Source: Eledone cirrhosa (taxonomy: Eukaryota). Taken from it: a stretch of DNA of 64,000 nucleotides. The notes under the pieces are model-generated. The model saw nothing but the letters and a program-made list of their open reading frames with translations, had not been told where the DNA came from and ran no database searches. The position numbers and the translations under genes were made by a program. The stretch is taken from positions 248,001 through 312,000 of the forward strand of contig OZ024758.1 of the NCBI GenBank assembly GCA_964016885.1, given 5' to 3'. Each line of letters begins with the position of its first letter. The first letter of the stretch is position 1. This document shows, in pieces, positions 53,109 through 64,000 of the stretch.

Positions 53109-53221
53109 GCCGGCGTTGATCAGTCAGTAGCAGCCCCGCTTACGAAGTTCAGGAGCCAACGACTTTACACGGTTCGAATCTCACCCTCTCCGCTCTTGTC
53201 GAGTTATCTCCTACTCTTTTT
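53109..53221 (+). ncRNA. Candidate Pol III tRNA-like unit, recombinant (type-1 upstream, type-2 body), copy 7; hairpin 53326-53397
   Basis: A pure poly-T type-1 upstream tract is joined to the GCCGGCGTTGATCAG type-2 body. Confidence 0.45.
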
Positions 53222-53866
53222 ACTTAGTTCCAGGTCATTAAAATAGAGCAAAGAGGGCGCGGCGATCGGCATATGCACTGGCTACAATGTTGAACTTTGG
53301 TACTGACTGCGTAGTTGAACGTTCCACATACCAACCGCCCAACTGGCCAGTCAACCGCAAATACGGCTGGCTGGCCGGTTGGGTAGTTGGCATATGTACT
53401 GACTGTCAAGTTGAACGTTCTAACCCTCTCTTTACATCTATTGCTCTATCTACCGCTTATTTCTCTCCCTCTCTTTACTTCTATAACTCTATCTCCCACT
53501 CTCTTTACATCTATTACACAGTGTCTCCCTGTATATATACACGTATATATGCACTAGATTTTATAAGAAATCTACGTAATAATATAATTAACAATAGTTG
53601 ATGAATTAGACCAGAGTTAATTAAACAATAAATATGAATGAAATAGCAGTAGATGGCGAAACTTGAGTGTTGTGTGTGCATACATATATATGAGGTAAAC
53701 TGGTTCAAATACTGTCAGGATTATATTGGATCAAAGACTGTATTAAATAGAAAGTAAAAAATGAAGTGAAAATATAAAAACAAACTGAAAATTTCCCCAT
53801 CCCTAGAAAAATTCATATCTTGTTATATATAGATAATTGGCGCTTTAAATTGAATAAATATTCATT

Positions 53867-53905
<39 letters not shown>

Positions 53906-54346
53906 GTACACTGATATATATGTGTGTGTATATATATATATATATGTATGTGTATATGTGTACATATGTATGTGTATATATATACTAATATATATATATA
54001 TATATCAACTTCATCATACGTCCGCTTTTCCATGCTTGCAAGGGTGGGGTGGGAGCTGATTCTGGATTGGTTTCTACAGCTGGGTGCCCTTCCTGACGCC
54101 AACCCAGTTTGCAGTGAGTGCTGGGTGCTTTTTTTTTTTCCGTGGCACCTCCACGTCAGCTTTACAGAGCGGGCTGGGTGCTTTTTTGCCGTGGCGCCTC
54201 CACGACCACTTTACGGTGGGGTGGTGGGGTGGTATGTGTATACCCAGCCCATTGTCATTTCCCACCCAGAAAAGTTCATAGCACCGTTCTTTACCCACAA
54301 TGAATCTAGCAGACCCACCCCTCCACCTGGTCTCTTGAATACAACA

Positions 54347-55468
54347 GTGGTTTCACTAAAATAAAAATTAAATTAAATTAAATTAAATTAATTATGTTAG
54401 ATAAATAGACATTGGGGTTCTCACCAAAGATTTTCAGTTATTTCTAAGAGATGTAAAAGGAAAATTAAAAAAAGATTAATAGGACACATTAGACATGTCT
54501 CCAAGCAAGAATTGAACTTACAGACAAGGATCTCACCATCTCTGGTACTTCCCACTAAGCCACCAAGACTGCTACAAAGGTCTATTGAAAATTAATATTT
54601 ATAAACCTACTTTCAAAATATAACTAATTTAATTAAAAATAAAATAAAATAAATAGACATTGGCGTTCTCACAAAACTTTTTCAGTTCTTTTTTCTAAGA
54701 AATGTCAAAGGAATATATATATATATATATTTTATTTTTAATTTTATTTTGAAAGTAGGTTTATAAATATTAAATTTCAGTACATCTTTGTATCAGTCTC
54801 GGTAGCTTAGTGGGAAGTACCAGAGATGGTGAGATCCTGTTCTGGGTGTTCAATCCTGGTCTGAGGGTTGAATTGGGGACTCGGGTTCAATCCTGGTCCA
54901 TGAGATACATGTAAGGTGTCATGTTAATCTTTTATAATTTTCTTTCTATATCTCTTTGAAAAAGAGAACCCCTATTTATTTAATTATATTGAATTTAATT
55001 TTTTATTTTAGTTAAATTGTCGAAAACACTGAAGATCTAAAGGTTGAGGAGACAATATGTCTATTTTATCTGTCTCCTCTAACTTTAGATCACCAGTGGT
55101 TTTGACAATTTAACTAAAGTAAAATAAAATAAAATAAATTAAATTATATTAGATAAATAGACATTGGGGTTCTCACCAAAGATTTTCAGTTTTTTCTGAG
55201 GAAAATTTAAAAAAAGATTAACAGGACACATTACAGCAATGATTGAACTCCCAGACCAGGATTGAACCTACAGACAAGGACCTCACCATCTCTGGTACTT
55301 CCCACTAAGCCGCCAAGACTGCTACAACGGTCTGCTGATAATTAATATTTATAAACCTAATTTCAAAATAAAATTAATGTTATTAATTTTATTTAAAAAT
55401 AAAATAAAATAAATAAACATTGGGGTTCTCACAAAACTTTTTCATTTTTTTTCTAAGAAATGTCAAAG

Positions 55469-55506
<38 letters not shown>
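54347..55506. mobile_element. Palindromic A/B-box element, copy 4
   Basis: Near-identical to 13279-14430. Confidence 0.7.
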
Positions 55507-55508
<2 letters not shown>

Positions 55509-57428
55509 TCATCATCATCATCATCGTTTAACGTCCATATTCCACGCTTGCATGGGTTTGGACGGGAATTTTCCCACTTGAGGCAAGAGTGGTTGTCTTG
55601 CTCGCATAGGACTGTCTGGCGGGTTTTCTACAGCTGGATGCCCTTCCTAACACCAACCGCATTTACAGTGTGGGACTGGGAGGTTTTTACCGTGTTACCT
55701 ACACGGCCACATTACTGCGTGGACTGTGTTTTTTTTTTTTGTCGTGACACCTACACGACCTCATTTGTTTCGGCCTGGATGTTGTGGCACCAACATAACT
55801 TTACATTGAAAGGGGCGGTGTGGATGGGGTGGGGGTGTATTTTGTTAGAGGTGCCTACTGACTGTAGTAGGTTTTACTTTGTATCTAGGTAAGGCGGGTC
55901 TTCTCTATTACTGAGTACCGCCAAAGATCTCGGTCCAGAGACATTGTCTTGGAGAGGTGTAAGTGTGTGAGGTCGGAATTTATCAAGTCGTCCCAGGTTT
56001 TTCTGGGTCTGCCTACTCCGTGGCTACCGTCTATCTTTATTGCCCTGCATTTTTTTTATACAGCTGTCGTCTTTCATCCGCATCACGTGGACCATACCAA
56101 CGTAGTCTTCTCTCGAGTACACAACATCTGATCCCTCTTATTTCTAATTTTTCCCTTAGTTCGTTTATGCTTTGCCGTTCACATATATTACTATTACACA
56201 TCCAGCGAAGCATGCAAGCTTCGTTCCTCTCTAGTCTGCGTATATCCTCTGCACACAATGCCCAGGTCTCACTGCCATGCAACATTGCTGTTCATATGCA
56301 GGCATCATACAACCTGCCTTTCATTTTTAGGGAGAACCCTTTAGCGGCTAATAGTGGTATAAGCTCTCTGAACTTTTTCCATCCAGTTCTGACTCTAGCT
56401 ACTGTACTTTCAGAGCACCCTCCCCCACTGCTGATTTTGTCACCCAGGTAACGGAAGCTGTCCACTATTTCTATAGAACCCTCTGCGCAATTGAAAGAGC
56501 TAGTATTTTGTGGGCACTTGCTGCTACTTATTGCACCAGAGCACCGGCCACATGTAAAATCTATGTTCTTAGTTAGCTTACCTGTGATCCCACTACATCT
56601 TTTATGAACCCATACTTTGCATTTGGGACATAAAATGGAGTTTCTACCTACGCCTTTCCTACACACTGAGCATGGCCATTTCCCGGAAGGGACCGGCGCC
56701 TTATTTTCTTTCCTACAAACTAGAACTTTAGTCTTAGCCAGGTTAATTTTAAGGCCTTCTGATTCTAGGCCTTGCTTCCATGTTTGGAATTTCTTCTCTA
56801 GCTCGGCCATTGATTCAGCTATGAGCGTTAGATCATCTGCGTATAGGAGTTCCCATGGGCAGCCGGTCTTGAACTCCACTGTTATAGCCTGAAGGGCAAT
56901 AATAAATAGTAGGGGGCTAAGGACGGAGCCCTGATGAACACCAACTTTTACGCTAAACTCTTCACTATATTCGTTGTTAATTCTAACCTTGCTGACTGTT
57001 TCTTTATACATGGCTCGTATAGCTCTCACAAGCCATTCCTCAACACCTAGTTTTCTAAGAGCCCACCAGATAATGGAACGGGGGACTCTGTCGAAGGCTT
57101 TCTCCAAGTCAACAAAAGCTAAGTATAGGGGTTTACTTTTAACTAGGTACTTCTCCTGTAGTTGTCGTACAATGAAAAGAGCGTCTGTGGTACTTTTACC
57201 TGACACAAACCCGAACTGCATTTCATCTAGATCAATTCTCTCTCTGATTAGTTGCGCTATTACTTTTTCCGTGACCTTCATGACCTGGTCGATTAATTTA
57301 ATGCCTCTATAGTTACTCCTATCTAGGGCATCTCCTTTACCCTTGTAACAGTTAATGATGATGCTGCTACGCCAGTCCTTCAGAACAACCCCATTCTGTA
57401 TGACTTGGTTTACTATCCGGGTGACCAT
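55507..57428 (-). mobile_element. RTE LINE (RT + PHD), 5'-truncated, copy
   Basis: ORF 56292-57548 has the same protein. Confidence 0.95.
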
Positions 57429-59924
57429 TACGTGTATACATCTGAAAATGTATATATGTATGCAAAGATATAAGTAAACATACATGTATACATATAGATG
57501 GACAGTTATGCATATACAATAACTTATTTCTATACATACATATACCACAAGTAAGGCATGGTGCTGCCAACTAACCAGACCTCCCTCATAATGGACCAGC
57601 TAGATCCCAAAATACAGGCCTGCTTGCCAACACACAGTCCCAATAAGTGTAAGTTACAGCGCAGCTATCTGGACAGACTTGTCTTAAGACTACACACTAT
57701 CCCACTACATCTTTTGTATACTATATATATACTGTTTATATATATATATACTATATATATATATACTGTTTATATATATATATACTATATATATATATAC
57801 TGTTTATATATATATACACACATATAATTGTGTATTCACACATTATCTTAGTAATGAAATAATTAATAATTTTAGTAAATTGTTCAAAATTCTTCATTAA
57901 CCCTTTTGGTAGAAACCCAGCCAAAATTAGTTCTCGTACTATGGAAATGGTTCCTATCTAAATTAAAGTCTTCCAACAAAATTCTATATAACAACCATAT
58001 GGTAAGTTACTATGTTAGTAATTAACTAACAATTGTGATAAATAGCTCAAAATTATTCATAATTAATTGAATTATAAGGTTCATAATTATAATAAAATCT
58101 TCAAATAGGCTACGAAACCGGTAAACCTGAAAGGTACACAACACACACACATTGCTATAGCGTTTCACCAGCCCCTTCCTTCCTGAATTATTACAGAGAT
58201 GTGTGTGTATGTAATAATTATTTGTATAATGTGTGTCTATTTATGAATATGTATGAGTAGATGTGTGTGTGTGTATCACAGTAGATGTGTATGTAACACA
58301 GTAGATGTGTATATGTAACAGAGTAGATGTGTGTTTGCATGTAACTCAGTATATGTGTATGTAACTCAGTAGATGTGTGTGTGTAACACGGTAGATGTGT
58401 GTGTGTAACACGGTAGATGTGTGTGTGTAACACGGTAGATGTGTGTGTGTAACACGGTAGATGTGTGTATGTAACAGTAGATGTGTATGTATGTAACACA
58501 GTAGATGTGTATGTATGTAACACAGTAGATGTGTGTATGTAACACAGTACATGTGTGTGTATGTAACTCAGTAGATGTGTGTGTATGTAACTCAGTAGAT
58601 GTGTGTATGTAACACAGTAGATTGTGTGTATGTAACATAGAAGATGAGTGTAACACAGTAGATGTGTGTGTATGTAACCCAGTAGATCTGTGTGTATGTA
58701 ACTCAGTAGATGTGTGTGTATGTAACACAGGTGTGTGTATGTAACACAGTAGATGTGTGTATGTAACATAGTAGATGTGTGTATGTAACACAGAAGATGT
58801 GTGTGTATGTAACACAGTAGATGTGTGTGTATGTAACTCAGTAGATGTGTGTGTATGTAACACAGTAGATGTGTGTGTAACACAGTAGATGTGTATGTAA
58901 CGCAGTAGATGTGTGTGTATATAACCCAGTTGATGTGTGTGTATGTAACACAGTAGATGTGTGTATGTAACATAGTATATGTGTATGTAACTAAAGTGTA
59001 ACGTACGTTACAAATGGAAGACAAAATGATTTTAACTTGTTTTTTAACAATTGATGGTGGAAAAGATTTTAAATTGTCTTAACTCAGACCATAAAGGGCC
59101 GCAACACATGGAGTCTGACACTCTTACCGGCTACATAGCCTGGGCGTCTATTTTACCGCGACCGGCTACATAGCATCTTCCTAAAATCTTCCAACATAAT
59201 TTTATACAAGAACCACATGTTAAGTTACTAATAAAATAATTAATAAATAAAAACATTAGTAAGTCCTTCAAATGATATCTCAGTAATGAAATAATTAATA
59301 ATTGTTATAAATACCTCAAAATTCCTCATTAATTAAACCTCATTAATTAATTAAGCCGCTGAAAAGTGCAACAGATGCCCTCTTCTTAGTGAGACAACTA
59401 CAAAAGAGGTTCTTAGAGAAAAATAAGCCACTATACTTAGCTTTGGACATAGAGAAGGCTTTTGATAGAGAACTCTTATAAATGACAACATATATATATG
59501 TGTGTGTATATATATGTTTTTTTTAAAACTATATATTTATTACTCCCTTAAGCAGAAGAAATATATTCCCAGATATCGAAGATTACCACAATAACTAGGG
59601 AGCGGAAATCAATAGATGCTGGACATTGCTGCTGAGGGTAGGATGACCTGATGAGCTGGCTCCTGTGGTGGATACCTAAACATAGTAAGACCCTAGTGGG
59701 ATGACTGAGGTTCACCTACATACATCAGATGTCTCTGGATCTCCAGCTGGAGATTAATGATCTCAGGAATGCCATGAAAAATCGTGACATCTAAAAAAGA
59801 AGAGTAGAATTGTTCTGGCCAATCCACCTGACCTAATAAACAATAATAATATTAATATATATTGATGAAAATTAATTATGGTGAAATATCTTAGAAATCA
59901 TTCTCAGAGGTTTTGTATTGTAAT

Positions 59925-61902
59925 CCACACTTGCTCGTTGTGGCTTCTGATGCAGACATCATGTCCGCCATCAGGTCCTTCCCAGCTAGCAGCTGCGGTG
60001 ATGTTGATGGTCTCTGACCAGGCCTCCTCAAGGAGTTGATATCTCCCCTCTCCGCTGAGGCCGGGCGCCGCCTTCTGAGTGCAATTGTGGCGCTCACCAA
60101 TAGGCTCATCCATGGCGCCCTGGACTCTTATGCTCGAGGCCTCTTTTTTTCGGCCAGCCTCACCGCTCTCAGGAAGAAAGAGGATGGCATACGCCCCATT
60201 GCTGTGGGCAATGTCTTCCGGAGGCTGGCTGCCAAGGTAATCTGCAAGTCCGTAACACTCGGAACCGGCATCCAGGGCCTCCAGCCACCTCATTGTCAAG
60301 TTTGACATGAGGAATGCCTTCAACTCTTTACGCTGGGATCATCTGCTCGAGGCCTGCCTCAGCCGAGCACCCTCTGCCTACCTGTCATATGGAGCCCCAA
60401 GCATGCGCCATGCTGCTGATACGGTCATACCCTTGGCTACTGGGATCCAACAGGGCAACCCTTTGGGACCCCTCCTGTTCACCCTTGGTATTGACCACAT
60501 CGCCTGGAGTATAACGGCCCCTCTCAACGTTTGGTATCTGGATGATGCTACTTTGGGTGGGCCCGTACAGGCGGTCTGCCATGACCTTCAATCGGTGGTT
60601 CCTGCCCTGGCGGGAATCGACCTCCAGGTCAACTCAGCCAAGTCGGAGGTGGTGAATGTCAGCCTCGATGCTGCAAGCTTTGCAGTCTCCGTCTTGGACG
60701 TGCGGTCCATTCTCCGCCAGGTTCAGGTGACCCCCCAAAGAGGATGCCCTCACCGATCCACCCGCCGGCCATCCGCTCCTCCATCAAGTCCAGACTCTCA
60801 CGAGCCGACTGGGCTTGATTGATGGCCACCCAGTTCTCTTTCTGCTGAGGAACTGCTACGCCATGCCGAAGCTCCTCTATACACTCTGTGCTACACCTAA
60901 ACTTGTATCCGAGCAGCAGCCGATGAGATATGCAACTTTACCTGTCAGGTATGGCGGCCTTCGCCTCCAGTCCCCGATCTCACTAGCTTTGCCGGCATAT
61001 CTTTCGTCGGTAACCTCGTACCACGTCCTCTTCAGCAGGGTTCTTCAAAACACAACAGAACCCTCTGTGTTCAGAGAACGCGTGGCCGCCTGTGAGACGT
61101 GGGACCGGCTGGGACTTAGCCCAGTAGACGTTCCTCCTCCTTCTCCCCCTGTTGACGTCAAGTCCCCCCCAACACACTTGGGATGCCATCCAGTGCAGCC
61201 TGGCCTCAGACAGGCTCACGTGCCAGCTCGACCAGCACCGCCTTGTTTGTTTTCGTGCAGCCTCCAAACCCCACAGTGGGGCCTGGCTCCATGCCCTGCC
61301 CTCCTTCTCCACTCGCACGCAGCTAGACAACAATAGCTTGCGCACCGGCGTTTCCCTGAGGCTCGGCCTCACACCAATGTCGCTGCCGTTCCACCATGGA
61401 CTCTTTCGGCCTCCACCCGCAATCCACGCCATGCTGCCCTCAACGAAGTCATTAAGCATGGCTTGGACGCTGCAGGCTTCCCTTCCCAGCTCGAGGGGAC
61501 GGCAAAAGGCTAGATGGCATGACCATCTTCCCGTTCCGCGGTGGCAAACCCCTCGTCTGGGATGCCACTTGCACCGACACTTTCTGCAGCCGCACCCTGG
61601 TGCAGTCTGCGACTGGCCCAGGTTCTGCTGCACGTCAGGCTGAGGGGGCCAAACTCCTCACATATCGTTCACTCTCCGACAGGTTTGCGGTCGTACCCCT
61701 GGAAGTGGAGACTTCTGGTGTCCTCGGCCCCAGGGCTACCTCCTTACTCACCACCATAGTCGCTGAGCTGGCCAGCCGCAGGTGTGAGCCCCGCGAGTTG
61801 GAGTGGCTTTTCCAGCGCGTCTCCCTTGCCGTGCTCCGGGGAAACGCCTTCTCCATTCTGTCCGCCGGGGCTGTGGGTGGGTCCCATCGCGTACCGTTAT
61901 GA
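59925..61902 (+). mobile_element. CRE-clade retrotransposon, copy 8
   Basis: Homologous ORFs at 60036, 60307, 60815 and 61519. Confidence 0.88.
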
Positions 61903-62898
61903 ATGTATACAAAACAACTAAATCTCTTAAATAACTTCACTTATATCCAAAACATGATTTGTATATACATCAACAGTGACTCATTATTATACGCCAGTCA
62001 CGACCCCACTGCAAAAACGATATCTATATAACAACCCCACCGTAAAACTACTCTTCCCCACTTTACAAACACTTTATATTATTTGTCATTAAGGTTTCTT
62101 AAAATAAATATATATACGTATGTGTAGTAATTAGTACGGAGACTGAGAGAGAAGGGGCGAGTGTGTCTTCATGGAGGGCACATGGGACCAGCAAAGCCCT
62201 AAAAGTAGAGACCAGTAAATGAGATAAGGTCCTAGCTATGTTAAGAATATAAATAAGAAACATGTTCTATACATTTAAGAAGACAAGAGAAACATGTTCT
62301 AAACATTTAAGAAATAATTATTTACCTCTTTCATGTCGGTAATATAGCGGTGTTATAAAACTAATTATAACGACCGGTGTTAAAATAGAGAGAGATAGAC
62401 AGATAAATGTGTGTCACACTCTCACCCTCTCTTTAAATCTTTTACACTATCTAACTCGTACTTCTCACACTCTCTTTAAATCTTTTACTCTATCTACCTC
62501 TCATTTCTATCTGTGTATGTATGTATGCATCTGTCTATGTGTAACTCGGTGTACTGGAGCAATATGAAGTGAAGTGTCTTGCTGAAGAAGACATTTTGTG
62601 GAGTTATATCATCGTTTCTTGTTATAAAGCTACTTATACTACCGGCGTAACAGTGGCTATAGGTGATAGATGTAGAAATAAAAGGCTGTAACAGCGATAT
62701 AAATATAGATGAAATAGTTTACCACGAGACTAAGAATGAATGTTTAATGGAATTAAGTGTAATCTAATAGGAAATAAGAGGCTAGAGCAGCGAAATGTTT
62801 ACGTAAAATAAAAGAACAACAAACAAGAGTGCAACATTGAAATTTTTTTTTTTTTTTTTGTCGATATAAGCGTTATTTTATGCGCGATTTGCCTTGCT

Positions 62899-63011
62899 GC
62901 CGGCGCTGCTCAGTCAGTAGCAGCCCCGCTTACGAAGTTCAGGAGCCAACCACTTTACATGGTTCGAATCTCACCCTCTCCGCTCTTGTCGAGTTATCTC
63001 CCACTCTTTTT
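62899..63011 (+). ncRNA. Candidate Pol III tRNA-like unit, type 1, copy 8; hairpin 63116-63187
   Basis: Same layout as copy 1. Confidence 0.5.
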
Positions 63012-63754
63012 ACTTAGTTCCAGGTCATTAAAATAGAGCAAAGAGGGCGCGGCGATCGGCATATGCACTGGCTACAATGTTGAACTTTGGTACTGACTGC
63101 GTAGTTGAACGTTCCATATACCAACCGCCCAACTGGCCAGTCAACCGCATATGCGGCTGGCTGGCCGGTTGGGTAGTTGGCATATGTACTGGCTACCATG
63201 CTGAACATTGTACTGACTGTCAAGTTGAACGTTCTAACCCTCTCTTTACATCTATTACTCTATCTACCGCTTATTTCTCCCCCTCTCTTTACTTCTATAA
63301 CTCTATCTCCCACTCTCTTTACATCTATTACAGTGTCTCCCTGTATATATATACACGTATATATGCACTAGATTTTATAAGAAATCTACGTAATAATATA
63401 ATTAACAATAGTTGATGAATTAGACCAGAGTTAATTAAACAATAAATATGAATGAAATAGCAGTAGATGGCGAAACTTGAGTGTTGTGTGTGCATACATA
63501 TATATGAGGTAAACTGGTTCAAATACTGTCAGGATTATATTGGATCAAAGACTGTATTAAATAGAAAGTAAAAAATGAAGTGAAAATATAAAAACAAACT
63601 GAAAATTTCCCCATCTCTAGAAAAATTCATATCTTGTTATATATAGATACTTGGCGCTTTAAATTGAATAAATATTCATTTATATATATATATATATGTA
63701 TATATATATGTACACTGATATATATGTGTGTATATATATATGTGTATATATATA

Positions 63755-63793
<39 letters not shown>

Positions 63794-64000
63794 ACTTCAT
63801 CATACGTCCGCTTTTCCATGCTTGCAAGGGTGGGGTGGGAGCTGATTCTGGATTGGTTTCTACAGCTGGGTGCCCTTCCTGACGCCAACCCCGTTTGCAG
63901 TGAGTGCTGGGTGCTTTTTTTTTTCCGTGGCACCTCCACGTCAGCTTTACAGTGTGGGCTGGGTGCTTTTTTGCCGCGGCGCCTCCACGACCACTTTGCG

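Larger units (their letters stand above)
1..64000. repeat. Composite macrosatellite / higher-order tandem array (core + short or long spacer), running off both window ends
   Basis: Identical ORFs recur at 151, 15901, 31541, 47186, 56974 (periods 15750, 15640, 15645, 9788). CRE ORFs recur at 3179, 9133, 18929, 24844, 34569, 40490, 50248, 60036. Cores: 2498-7335, 8452-13278, 18248-23043, 24163-28918, 33888-38673, 39809-44560, 49567-54346, 59355-end. S spacers: 7336-8451, 23044-24162, 38674-39808. L spacers: 1-2497 (partial), 13279-18247, 28919-33887, 44561-49566, 54347-59354. Confidence 0.97.

Overview
This is AT-rich, microsatellite-laden animal DNA. The RTE LINE with (GAT)n tail, CORE-type tRNA SINE and (TA)/(TATG) tracts suggest an octopod cephalopod, which is inference. 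No intact host protein-coding gene is evident. The whole window is a recently amplified macrosatellite with higher-order structure. A ~4.8-kb core (C, 8 copies) alternates with a short ~1.1-kb spacer (S) or a long ~5.0-kb spacer (L): L0-C1-S-C2-L-C3-S-C4-L-C5-S-C6-L-C7-L-C8. The higher-order period is ~15.65-15.75 kb, with one 9.79-kb period where a monomer was lost. Each core carries a decayed CRE-clade (RT + restriction-like endonuclease) retrotransposon and LINE fragments. It also carries a cassette I cannot assign to a known TE: TATA-like box, A/B-box tRNA-like Pol III-type unit with a T5 run, a 72-nt GC-rich hairpin between direct repeats, and a CTCF-like motif. L carries a palindromic element with A/B boxes, a 5'-truncated RTE LINE with a PHD finger, and a 22-24-bp minisatellite. 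S carries the 5' part of an internally deleted RTE, a microsatellite and a CORE-SINE. The best candidate for an undescribed system is the amplified Pol III-like/hairpin cassette. The unequal crossover that removed one monomer maps to its promoter. All alignments and foldings were done by eye.
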